A DNA stretch of 64,000 bases from a virus. Lineage: Duplodnaviria > Caudoviricetes. Both the position numbers and the translations under genes were made by a program. Below, piece after piece: positions 7,528 to 15,806 of the stretch. Location: the IMG/VR virus record IMGVR_UViG_3300028591_000070, positions 160,001 through 224,000 of that record, one strand, 5' to 3'. Each line of letters begins with the position of its first letter. The stretch's first letter is position 1. Below the pieces are notes generated by a model. That model worked only from the letters and a program-made list of their open reading frames with translations, made no database searches and was not told the DNA's origin.

Positions 7528-8106
7528 TTATATCCTTCCAGGTCTAAAACCTTCAGGACATTCTTTTGCTTTTATATTAATTTCTCCATTTGTATACCAA
7601 TGAGTACCAAATTGAGAATTTTTAGATCCTTTTTGATGTTCACTGTTTGTTAAACCAATTTTTCTTTTGGTTTCTTCTGAATGATGTTTACCAGTGAAAG
7701 TATCGTGTTTTTTCCAACCACAATTCTTAAAAAGATCTGGATGTTTTTCTCTTGTAGACTTCCAAGTTTTAGACATCTTAGAATAGTCTATAAACTTTGA
7801 AGTATCTCCTCCATCACCACCTTTAGCAAGATTATATTCTGCTTTACCAATAAGCTTTTGGCAAGCTATCATACATCTTTCAAAGCGATTAATTTGTTCT
7901 TTTGAGAAGAAACCAGAAACAAGAATTCTTTTTTTAAAAGACTTTTTTCCATATTTCTGATATGCTTCTCTAAGAATAGAACCAGAACCCATATATGTAT
8001 CAGATGTAATTGTACGATCTTTACGCACAGTATGCTGACCTATATAAGTTTTTCCATTCGTTAAATTTGTAATTTCATAAATATATCTTATTCGTAATTC
8101 ACTCAT
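7528..8106 (-). CDS. free-standing GIY-YIG homing endonuclease (Seg-like, NUMOD3)
   Basis: YIYEITNLTNGKTYIGQH, YMGSG, EYNL..GG, GKHHSEETKRKI. Confidence 0.92.
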   Translation of the reverse strand: MSELRIRYIYEITNLTNGKTYIGQHTVRKDRTITSDTYMGSGSILREAYQKYGKKSFKKRILVSGFFSKEQINRFERCMIACQKLIGKAEYNLAKGGDGGDTSKFIDYSKMSKTWKSTREKHPDLFKNCGWKKHDTFTGKHHSEETKRKIGLTNSEHQKGSKNSQFGTHWYTNGEINIKAKECPEGFRPGRI

Positions 8107-8136
8107 AAGATAATTAGTTAGAAATGTACAAATGAG

Positions 8137-8207
8137 TGGACACAGCCGGCATCGAACCGGTTAAACCTCCGTGCAAAAGAGGTGAGATGCCAAACCTCCC
8201 CAGGCCC
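8137..8207 (-). tRNA. tRNA-Ala(TGC), divergent
   Basis: CCTCT-TTTGCAC-GGAGG; G3:U70; weak acceptor stem. Confidence 0.75.
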
Positions 8208-8358
8208 ATAAAATAAGAGTTCTTTATATCTATAACTAAGCGCTCTATTTGTAGCTATAGATTTCACAGTGAACTTCGTGAACTTCTAATATCTGTGGAA
8301 GGCTGCGATTTTAGCTTATTAGTTCTAAAACCTCTGACACCAGTACCTTCAACGAGTT

Positions 8359-8432
8359 TGGAACATGTCGGACTTGAACCGACGACCTTCAGCTTGCAAA
8401 GCTGACACTCTAGCCAACTGAGTTAATGCCCC
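8359..8432 (-). tRNA. tRNA-Ala(TGC)
   Basis: TCAGC-TTTGCAA-GCTGA; G3:U70. Confidence 0.92.
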
Positions 8433-8440
8433 ATATAAAA

Positions 8441-8514
8441 AACATATAGAATAAAACTTGCGAGCTATATTTCAAACCCAAATCGAAGTAACTCACAAAA
8501 GCTGCTTATATGTT
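8441..8514 (-). ncRNA. minimal YrlA-like Y RNA 3
   Basis: AACATATA/TATATGTT, GCAGC, TTGTGAGTTACTTCG...GCTCGCAA, TATTC. Confidence 0.72.
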
Positions 8515-8519
8515 CTTAG

Positions 8520-8593
8520 CGAAAGCCATAGGACTCGAACCTACAATCTCCACCAACCCCTAGGTGGTGATGAACCAATTCATCTCTGCTTTC
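8520..8593 (-). tRNA. tRNA-Pro(AGG), or a variant with an 8-nt anticodon loop
   Basis: ACCAC-CTAGGGG-TTGGT or CCACC-TAGGGGTT-GGTGG; normal D and T arms. Confidence 0.65.
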
Positions 8594-8597
8594 AAAG

Positions 8598-8688
8598 CGG
8601 AAGCGGCAGGAATTGAACCTGTAAGACGCCCTCATCAGGCAATCGGCTGTTTTCAAGACAGATGAGCTCACCAATGCTCAGCACTTCC
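8598..8688 (-). tRNA. tRNA-Ser(TGA)
   Basis: CTGT-CTTGAAA-ACAG, long variable arm, G73. Confidence 0.88.
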
Positions 8689-8702
8689 ATAATAATTTTT
8701 AG

Positions 8703-8778
8703 TCGGGCAGAGAGGACTCGAACCTCCGTTGAATGCTTGGTCCCAAACCAAGTGGCATCGCCGCTAGCCGACTGCCCG
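8703..8778 (-). tRNA. tRNA-Pro(TGG)
   Basis: CTTGG-TTTGGGA-CCAAG; CGGGCAG/CTGCCCG. Confidence 0.9.
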
Positions 8779-8952
8779 ATAAACATCTTCGTGGAACTGG
8801 ATCCCTTGTTATACCACATTAGCTATCGCAATCACTTTATTGACTAGATAAAGTGCTCTACGAAATCACTACCAGACCCATATTGGTAAGCTACTTCATT
8901 TGCTATAGTCATCACAAATTTTTTACTTATTCTTCCAATACAAGAAAGATTT

Positions 8953-9023
8953 TCTGGTATGATGGAGTTGAACCACCGCCCCAAGTCTCCAAAGCTCGCA
9001 TGCTACCGTAACACCTATACCAG
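8953..9023 (-). tRNA. tRNA-Pro(TGG)
   Basis: CGAGC-TTTGGAG-ACTTG; CTGGTAT/ATACCAG. Confidence 0.82.
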
Positions 9024-9030
9024 ATATAAA

Positions 9031-9062
9031 ATAAAAAAGGTCTTTCATTTCTGAAAGACCTT
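9031..9062 (-). terminator. attenuator terminator of tRNA operon 2
   Basis: AAGGTCTTTCA-GAAA-TGAAAGACC followed by TTTTTT, just 5' of the first tRNA. Confidence 0.9.
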
Positions 9063-9090
9063 AAGTAAATCTATAAAAAAACTTATAACC

Positions 9091-9228
9091 TTACTTAAAG
9101 TCTTTCTCCTTTTTACCGGCAATAACCCATTTAGAAGAACAAGGCACAATACGAGGGGCAACTGCTTTCGCAGACGCAATAGAAGAGGCACAAATAATTG
9201 AACGACCGATAATTCCATTCTCTACCAT
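9091..9228 (-). CDS. leader peptide 2 MVENGIIGRSIICASSIASAKAVAPRIVPCSSKWVIAGKKEKDFK (attenuator of tRNA operon 2)
   Basis: AAGGAG SD; codons 5-40 are all G/I/R/S/C/A/K/V/P/W, the tRNAs downstream; 17-nt complement to terminator 5' arm. Confidence 0.9.
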   Translation of the reverse strand: MVENGIIGRSIICASSIASAKAVAPRIVPCSSKWVIAGKKEKDFK

Positions 9229-9342
9229 AATCTTATTCTCCTTTATATTAAGTTTATACTATAATTAGTACAGTTACCAAAAATAACTTAATAAAATATT
9301 AACATTGTTTTTAGTATTTTATTAAATTATCTTCAAAAAAGA

Positions 9343-10225
9343 AAGCTGAGATTTATTGACTTTCCTCTGCGTCCATCTTCATCACTTTCGCAACTTAACC
9401 ACACTTTCATTTCTGAAAGTAGAACGCATAGCGAATAACTTAAAGGTGTTATCTACCTACTACAATAAGACTAATAATTTCATTTTTCATCCCTAGCGGC
9501 TTGCGGCCTAAGAAGCTTGCGGGCTCCTACCAGTTGATTACTTCAATCCATTCTTGACTTTCCTTGCGGTACTCACCAAGTCAACATATTACAGTTGAAT
9601 AACGCTATTTTCATCTTATCGTGACCAACACTTTTGCTTATCATGGCACAAAATGCTGGACTTGAACCAGCCACATTTAGATTAATAGTCTAACGCTCTA
9701 TCCTACTGAGCTAATTCTGTAATTATCGGTGAACTTCCTTGGGAGACGAGGTTGACCTTAATACCATGGCACCTTTTGAGTGCTTTAGGTAAATCGCCTC
9801 TCTTTTTTCGTCTGCTAAACTACTCAATCTAATAAAGTCAACATCTCTCACTTTCGCTTAAGCGTCAACATAATTCGTTATCATCTCACTCAGAATTTTG
9901 CATGTTCTTATTAGATGATATACATATCCCATATGTAAGCTTTCGACCCACATTCTTTTCAATCTTGTCTTTTAGACTTGATCTAAGCTCGTTGTTCAAC
10001 CGAGCAATACCACTGCAAACCTCAGCATTTGCCATCAATCTGCGCCATAGTATCTTGAATATGTAGTTTTCGTATGAAGTGATAAATCACCGCTGCACCT
10101 TTACGAATGCAACTTTCGCCGCTTATGAATTCACGGTTTATTCTAACGACTAGAAACCAGCCGGTGAACCCGAAGGTTCGATTAAATTACTGAGGATTGA
10201 ACCTCTATAACCTTGTAGTTAAGTA
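9343..10225 (-). ncRNA. large ornate ncRNA, probable GOLLD RNA
   Basis: ~880 nt ORF-free, many GNRA-capped hairpins (CCGCAAGG, GCGAAAGT), embedded tRNA, phage tRNA-island context; family assignment from recall. Confidence 0.65.
9644..9720 (-). tRNA. tRNA-Asn(ATT) embedded in the GOLLD-like RNA
   Basis: ACAGAAT/ATTTTGT acceptor, TTAGA-CTATTAA-TCTAA, encoded GCCA end. Confidence 0.8.
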
Positions 10226-10269
10226 ATTTATAATAATATATTAACAAGTTTTTTGAAAGCTTGCAAAAA

Positions 10270-10408
10270 AGATTGAGAATTTTGTGAAAAAGTATTTTTA
10301 CGGCGTGCTAACCAACTACACTAAAGCTCCCATAAACGGAGCTTACAGGATTCGAACCTGTGATACCGGCGTGATAGGCGAAGTAACTTTTTCGATCTGC
10401 ATCAATCT
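10270..10408 (-). ncRNA. YrlA-like Y RNA 4 (circularly permuted tRNA-Asp-like module)
   Basis: TGCAG..AAAAAGTTACTTCG; order anticodon remnant, T arm, closed acceptor stem, D arm. Confidence 0.82.
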
Positions 10409-10411
10409 ATA

Positions 10412-10537
10412 TTCGGAAGGTGGGATTCGAACCCACTCTCATTTTTGAGCGGCAACTCAACGTTTTTGTCCTACCAGCCATTTTTCGATACTTTTATCAA
10501 GATTGCCGTCTCTCAATTTTCTCTAGGTAGCTTCCGC
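10412..10537 (-). ncRNA. tRNA-like RNA with ~45-nt insert replacing the anticodon loop
   Basis: CGGAAG/CTTCCG acceptor, CGGCAA/TTGCCG stem, variable hairpin, GTGGG-TTCGAAT-CCCAC. Confidence 0.6.
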
Positions 10538-10622
10538 ATAATTTGTTGCTGCTTATTAGCAGCTTATTTAGAATATACCAACAATCAAAATTAAATTCAA
10601 AAATAAATTTAATTTTTTATAA

Positions 10623-10697
10623 AACTTTTATGTAGGATTTGAACCTACGCTTCCGACACAGCGGGCCGGCGCTCTGACCAACTAAGCTAACAAAAGT
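10623..10697 (-). tRNA. tRNA with non-canonical anticodon loop CCGCTGT (nominally GCT); possible pseudo-tRNA
   Basis: Canonical D and T arms, CCGGC/GTCGG anticodon stem. Confidence 0.6.
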
Positions 10698-10961
10698 CTT
10701 CAATGCTACCCTCAAATCCGTCGATAGAGGACATCTACTCTTATATTCCGTCGAACATAATTCTAATTAAAAGATCCTCTCTACCAGCATAACCTGTTGT
10801 AGAGAGGCAAAAAGCAGAGTCGGTACTAGTCTAGAACTAGATTTCGTCTTAGTCACGTTTAGGAGATTGGACTCACTCCTTAACCTACTCAGATACCCTT
10901 TAATTGATTGTGTCTTTATTCTCACCTTCGTGGCCACCATCGTGGAAGACACAATATTATA

Positions 10962-11285
10962 TTAACAATCCTGATTAATCAATAAAGGAATGTAACTTTT
11001 AAGTTCTTCATCATCTAAATCATATTGTTTTTGATAATCCATAAATTCTCTTTTTGACATTGTAGAACCATCACTAAGTTCAATAGGACTATGTAAATCT
11101 TCTTCAATTTCTTTTTGTCTCTTAATTATAAGTTCATGTCTGGCACCATCTAAAAAAGTCATTTCAAGCCAATATTTAGACTTTTCTTTTCCAGTTCTAG
11201 AACTTTTCCATTTAGCTTCTGCGGCTTTAAAATCTTTTTCTATTTTAGTTATTAGACCTACAGTTTCTGTTATAGCAATATCCAT
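10962..11285 (-). CDS. hypothetical protein
   Basis: 107-aa ORF, apparently leaderless after GTATATTCT. Confidence 0.75.
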   Translation of the reverse strand: MDIAITETVGLITKIEKDFKAAEAKWKSSRTGKEKSKYWLEMTFLDGARHELIIKRQKEIEEDLHSPIELSDGSTMSKREFMDYQKQYDLDDEELKSYIPLLINQDC

Positions 11286-11343
11286 ACTTAGAATATACTT
11301 TTAAAAATAGAAAAGTGCCCAAAAAATGGACACTTTAATAGAG

Positions 11344-12096
11344 TTATTTGCTGTATAAAACCTTGTACCAGCTTTTTATGATTTTTTCTTCATTTTTGTG
11401 AAGCCATCTCATAAATTGCTCTTCAGTTTTAAGATTATTTGGAATGATATTTCTTTTAACAAGAAAAGGAATCAAGCCTCTATCACAAGATGCTTGTGTA
11501 TAATCATGCCAATTAACTTTTCTAACTGAAACCCAAGTAGCTCCTGGCTCTAAATCTGACATTAAAGGCTGATGATATAAAGTTTTTGAAACTTTTTTAT
11601 ATGTTGGTTCCCAAGTTGTCCAATGCTTGTGAAAATGTCTTCCATATTCGCCTACATTTGGATTGAAAACCCAATCATCATGTGCTTCTTTATGCCAGCC
11701 AATTACGACCTTATAAGATAATTCATATTCAATTGTTATGAATTTAGCATCTCTGTATCTCTGATATTCTACCCAAGGATTGTACCAGACATCCCAATAA
11801 TAACACTGTTCTTTTAAGGCTTCATTAAACTCTCTTCTAAGAGTGCAAAGGTCATCCTCGAATTTGCTTCTCCCATCTGAAGGCCAAGACCAAGGATCTG
11901 CACTTTTGCAACCAAAGTCTCTACCTTTTGCGGTAATTTTTTCAGAAGGGCGAGCATTGTCGCCATCATCAATGAATTTTAATTCTTCTTTTAATAATGT
12001 ACGGATTTTTCTTCTTACTGAACGGTGATATTCTGTTCTACAAACTTTATCACCTCTGTATGAAGGAGTATAACCTCTTCTGTAACTTCTGCTCAT
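11344..12096 (-). CDS. hypothetical protein with basic MSRSYR N-terminus
   Basis: 250-aa ORF; AGGAG SD inside a hairpin. Confidence 0.8.
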   Translation of the reverse strand: MSRSYRRGYTPSYRGDKVCRTEYHRSVRRKIRTLLKEELKFIDDGDNARPSEKITAKGRDFGCKSADPWSWPSDGRSKFEDDLCTLRREFNEALKEQCYYWDVWYNPWVEYQRYRDAKFITIEYELSYKVVIGWHKEAHDDWVFNPNVGEYGRHFHKHWTTWEPTYKKVSKTLYHQPLMSDLEPGATWVSVRKVNWHDYTQASCDRGLIPFLVKRNIIPNNLKTEEQFMRWLHKNEEKIIKSWYKVLYSK

Positions 12097-12115
12097 GTTT
12101 TGAATCTCCTATAGC

Positions 12116-12139
12116 TCAAAACACTGCATATTTTCTCAT
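12116..12139 (-). CDS. uORF MRKYAVF-TGA
   Basis: GGAGG SD; stop lies in the 5' arm of the hairpin enclosing the downstream SD. Confidence 0.55.
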   Translation of the reverse strand: MRKYAVF

Positions 12140-12157
12140 TAAATTTTCCTCCATAAA

Positions 12158-12600
12158 AAGTCCGAAGTTTTTCTTTCAGTTGCCACAACCAAGTATTTTT
12201 CAACCCACGTCCCATTAAGACAACCTACAACTAGAGCTTTTGGTAAAACTTTCTACCCATATTCATCATATGGTAACCATTGTAAAGGCCTTTATGCTTG
12301 TTCCGCCATGCTCCCCACATCACAAGCTGATGTCTCGGTAATTTTTCATACCAGCCTTACCTTGGGCTCATACTTCCTTTCCCCAAGTACTCTTAGGAAT
12401 TCACGTGTCCTAAACTATCCCACGATAAAAAGCTAAGTGCAGGGACAGGTTCGGTATTTGCAACCTGCACTTTCCATTGGAACCACACAAATATGAAGTA
12501 ACCTGTCGTGGTAGCACATGCTCGAGTTTGATAATTTATATAGCGGTCAACTCTGATTAACATGCTTGCTTTACAATCGCTGGCAGTCTAAACGTTTTCA
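12158..12600 (-). ncRNA. unknown large structured ncRNA (~440 nt) containing a Y-RNA-like GGTTACTTC module
   Basis: ORF-free; long-range pairings ATTGTAAAG/CTTTACAAT, CCACGA/TCGTGG, GACAGGTT/AACCTGTC, AAGTGCAGG/CCTGCACTT. Confidence 0.6.
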
Positions 12601-12608
12601 ACTGCTTT

Positions 12609-12681
12609 TAGAGTAGATGGGAATTGAACCCACGCACGTTCCCGTTTTAGGCGGGCCGCTCTACCACTGAGCTACTACTCA
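12609..12681 (-). tRNA. tRNA of uncertain identity (loop CCTAAAA, nominal anticodon TAA)
   Basis: TAGCTCAGTGGTAGAGC D arm, CCCG/CGGG stem, GTTCAATTCC T arm. Confidence 0.6.
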
Positions 12682-12813
12682 TATCACTGTATCATTCTAT
12701 AGTTTTTATTGCGCAATTATTATACTATACTTCAACAGCTTAACCATTTATAGATTATACCAATCTAATTCATTTAGTTGAAAAATGGCAGGCAAAAAGC
12801 CCACCATTTATGA

Positions 12814-14499
12814 TTATTGCTGATTTACAGCATGTCTACCAGCTTTCTTGGCCTGTTTTTCCTGGTCTTTCTGAGCTTCGATAGCATCCCACTGCTTGAT
12901 ATAAGCGTCAGCGAATAATGCTTCTTTTCCTGTCCAACCATACAAGAATGCTGTACGGTAGCTCATTTCTGGAATAAGAACATTATCATATCCAGCTGTT
13001 TGACAGCTAAATACATTTACCTTTGGATTTACCTTTTTGCGATATTCCTGAATAAGTGCATAAACATTGATCATATGACCCTTACATCTGAAGCTTCTGT
13101 AGTCATCATCATTAAGACCATATAATCCACCTGTTCCTGCCTGCTGGTCTGAGAAAATGAAAATATTATCATAAACTTCTTTCTTTGCAATTGCATCTTT
13201 GAAGAATAACCAAATACCATTCTCAGTACCACCACCTACATCGTTATCTCCTCTGCTTGATAAAAGCTTTGTCTGAGCAAGAGCACCATTTCTCTTAGAA
13301 ACTGGAGATGTAATAAGTCTGTCACCAAATTTACCAACATAACCTTCATCTGAAGCTTTTGCAATTAAAATTGAAGACAAGTTGTCAATATCAGCAATAG
13401 TAGTCCTTCCATATTCAGAAGTAAATCCATGCCATGCAGAACCTGAGTTGTCAGAAAGAACCATTGTCTTTCCCTTCAACTTTGGTAAGTTTTCAATTGC
13501 AATGTCCATACACTCTTCAAGAGCATCAAGAATTAAAGTCTGGTGATTGATACCTGAAGCCTCTTCAATCATCTGATATGCATTCCAATATCTGAATGGG
13601 AACTGCTTACCTTTAAGGACTCCACCTTTCAAATCTTCCAAAACTTTCTTACAGAATTCTGTGTCTTTTACATCTGTGAAGATGTTTCTCAAGTTGCGTA
13701 AAAGAGCCATGTGCTGCATACAGCCTGACTCATAGATTTCACGCCAACCCATTCCAGCAGAGCGTTTCTGTTCCCAAGTTTCCCTGTCTTCAGTAACCTT
13801 TACTGTACCTGTCTGCATCAACTCATTCAAAACTGGTGAGTTTGCATGAGAAATACGAACACCATTGATCATACCAATTTCGTGGTTCTTGTATTTGTTA
13901 ACAGCATAAGCATCCAATGAGCTAAGTTTCTTAGCAATAGACTTTTTCAAGATTGTTGGAATCTTGTTTTTCTTACCACCATTAATATACATGTAATATG
14001 TAAGCTGAGTAAGTGGCTCATCTGCACGAGACATAACCAACTTTTCTACAGCTGCAAACTTTCCAGGATTTGCATTACAGAAATCAGCACGCTTTGGATG
14101 GATTGCTGCACGTACCATAATAACCTGTGGATTAAGGCGCATATTGTATGTTTTACGCAAATCAACTGCAAAGTCCAAAGTTCCGCCAAAGTCATAATCC
14201 AATGCCTTATCAATAGCTTCAGTAAATACCTCTGTTGTTGATTTTCCTGCACTAGCAGAGAAGATTGCATACATAGCTGGATCGGTAAATTCCTTTTGCC
14301 AAGAGAATTTTCCATCCTTTACATCTTTTCTGTAATAAGAAGCCTCACCAAAAATTGATGATGCTGAAATCAACTTGAGAGTATCAAGTGGATTTACTTT
14401 GTAAGAATCGCCACCCATAAAGTTTGTAACGATTTCATCTGGTCTAAGTTTATTCATCTCATTCATCTGAGATACTGCTTTAGCCATTTTCTTGCTCAT
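12814..14499 (-). CDS. rsr: Ro60/Rsr TROVE-domain RNA-binding protein with vWA domain
   Basis: NFMGG, MALLRNLRN, KQFPFRY, vWA MIDAS DNSGS, FIFSDQQ, GWT. Confidence 0.92.
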   Translation of the reverse strand: MSKKMAKAVSQMNEMNKLRPDEIVTNFMGGDSYKVNPLDTLKLISASSIFGEASYYRKDVKDGKFSWQKEFTDPAMYAIFSASAGKSTTEVFTEAIDKALDYDFGGTLDFAVDLRKTYNMRLNPQVIMVRAAIHPKRADFCNANPGKFAAVEKLVMSRADEPLTQLTYYMYINGGKKNKIPTILKKSIAKKLSSLDAYAVNKYKNHEIGMINGVRISHANSPVLNELMQTGTVKVTEDRETWEQKRSAGMGWREIYESGCMQHMALLRNLRNIFTDVKDTEFCKKVLEDLKGGVLKGKQFPFRYWNAYQMIEEASGINHQTLILDALEECMDIAIENLPKLKGKTMVLSDNSGSAWHGFTSEYGRTTIADIDNLSSILIAKASDEGYVGKFGDRLITSPVSKRNGALAQTKLLSSRGDNDVGGGTENGIWLFFKDAIAKKEVYDNIFIFSDQQAGTGGLYGLNDDDYRSFRCKGHMINVYALIQEYRKKVNPKVNVFSCQTAGYDNVLIPEMSYRTAFLYGWTGKEALFADAYIKQWDAIEAQKDQEKQAKKAGRHAVNQQ

Positions 14500-14532
14500 A
14501 TTCTATAAGCCTCCTTATAAGTTATATAAAAT

Positions 14533-14565
14533 AAAAAAGCACTTACCAAAATGATAAGTGCTTTT
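14533..14565 (-). terminator. terminator between Y RNAs 6/7 and rsr
   Basis: AAAAGCACTTA-N9-TAAGTGCTTTT hairpin with T tract. Confidence 0.75.
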
Positions 14566-14582
14566 CCAATATTCAAAATAAA

Positions 14583-14696
14583 ATGCTTAAGAATAAAAAT
14601 AACAGTTTTGCAGCCAACCTGCTAAATAGGACTCGAACCTAAACACTTTTTCTCATGCATTGAAACGAAGTAACTGTTATATGCTGCTTTAAGCAT
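14583..14696 (-). ncRNA. YrlA-like Y RNA 6
   Basis: ATGCTTAA/TTAAGCAT, GCAGC, ATAACAGTTACTTCG...AACTGTTAT; T-loop hairpin TAGG-TTCGAGT-CCTA. Confidence 0.78.
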
Positions 14697-14718
14697 GTAA
14701 TTTTTATATGTAAAAAAA

Positions 14719-14800
14719 CACTTAAGAAATAATGAATGAGTTTAAATTTTACAATTATAAAGGCCAAATTGTGAAGTAACTCATTCGGCTGCATTAAGTA
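14719..14800 (-). ncRNA. YrlA-like Y RNA 7 (short)
   Basis: ACTTAA/TTAAGT, TGCAGC, GAATGAGTTACTTC...AACTCATTC. Confidence 0.75.
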
Positions 14801-14942
14801 TATTTTTATATTAACAATAACGGTGAAAATTACTAAAATTTTTTCAATTTTTCCTTAATGACCCTTGGACAAGTCGTACTCAACCAATAATCATTTGTTC
14901 ATTTCCACCGAAGTCTTTAAGACTTAAACCTTAGCATGTTGT

Positions 14943-15007
14943 TGAAGTAACCAGAATTACCGCATCCCTTGTCCTTAGATGGTCACAGAGAATAACAACC
15001 CAGGTTT
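14943..15007 (-). ncRNA. circularly permuted Y-RNA Ro-binding module
   Basis: 3'-type strand AACCTGGGTTGTTATTC precedes 5'-type strand TGCGGTAATTCTGGTTACTTC, joined by a hairpin. Confidence 0.5.
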
Positions 15008-15088
15008 TTTCATAAACTATAAAAATTCATGAAAGTCTCAAAAAGAGTTCTCGCTCTCACTTAAGTGAGGACCAATCACTTAAGCTAT

Positions 15089-15162
15089 TGGCGCTGACAG
15101 GGCTCGAACCTGCATAGAACTGTTTAGAAGACAGTTTGCACATCCAATTGGCACACAGCGTC
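15089..15162 (-). tRNA. tRNA-Arg(TCT)
   Basis: ACTGT-CTTCTAA-ACAGT. Confidence 0.88.
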
Positions 15163-15203
15163 ATATATGTTAATTAGTTTATATTAAAATATTAACATTC
15201 AAT

Positions 15204-15614
15204 TTATTCAGTTTCTTTAACACGACCTGAATTAAAAATAAGTAAAGCATCATCTAAGTTGCAATATACTTTACCATCAACTTTATGATGATCTGCATCT
15301 GTATAAATAACACCTATAATAGCATAATGCTCTTCAGTTTCATCTTTCCAAAAGTCATATTTAGAATTTGGATTATTTGGAAGTTGTACTAATATAAGCA
15401 TTCGAGAACTCATACATTTTGTCTGTAAAACAACTGCATCTTTAATATTAGGAATAATAGATTTTGCTTTTGTTGTTGATTCTACTTTTTCTTCAGGAGT
15501 TGGCTCATCAATTTCCATTTGTCCAATAGACCATGAATAAGGATCTTCTTTCTCCATACAAGAAGAAAATAGCACACCAATTAAACAAATAAATAAAACA
15601 AAATACTTTTTCAT
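15204..15614 (-). CDS. putative lipoprotein
   Basis: MKKYFVLFICLIGVLFSSC signal/lipobox; start moved to ATG 15614. Confidence 0.75.
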   Translation of the reverse strand: MKKYFVLFICLIGVLFSSCMEKEDPYSWSIGQMEIDEPTPEEKVESTTKAKSIIPNIKDAVVLQTKCMSSRMLILVQLPNNPNSKYDFWKDETEEHYAIIGVIYTDADHHKVDGKVYCNLDDALLIFNSGRVKETE

Positions 15615-15615
15615 C

Positions 15616-15708
15616 CTAATCCTCAAGAGAAGCAAGTCCTAGCATTACAGATACAGCAACAACACCTACAATTAAAACTACTGCAATTACGCCTAACAAT
15701 ACTTTCAT
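15616..15708 (-). CDS. 30-aa single-TM protein
   Basis: GGAG SD; MKVLLGVIAVVLIVGVVAVSVMLGLASLED. Confidence 0.6.
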   Translation of the reverse strand: MKVLLGVIAVVLIVGVVAVSVMLGLASLED

Positions 15709-15722
15709 AATTACTCCACAAA

Positions 15723-15794
15723 AGGACCTATCCGGAATTGAACCGGACTCCACTCTTTAGGAGAGAGTTATTCTATCCGTTAAACTATAGGTCC
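15723..15794 (-). tRNA. tRNA-Arg(CCT)
   Basis: ACTCT-CTCCTAA-AGAGT. Confidence 0.9.
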
Positions 15795-15806
15795 AATTAA
15801 GTGAGA

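Noticed and set aside
9357-9368. GAGGAAAGTC as an RNase P RNA signature
   Set aside because: It lies at the 3' end of the large RNA with no downstream P4 partner or other RNase P motifs.
12609-12681. Amber suppressor tRNA (CTA) and stop-codon recoding
   Set aside because: The stem register places TAA, not CTA, at positions 34-36; long genes are intact in the standard code and TAG/TGA act as real stops.
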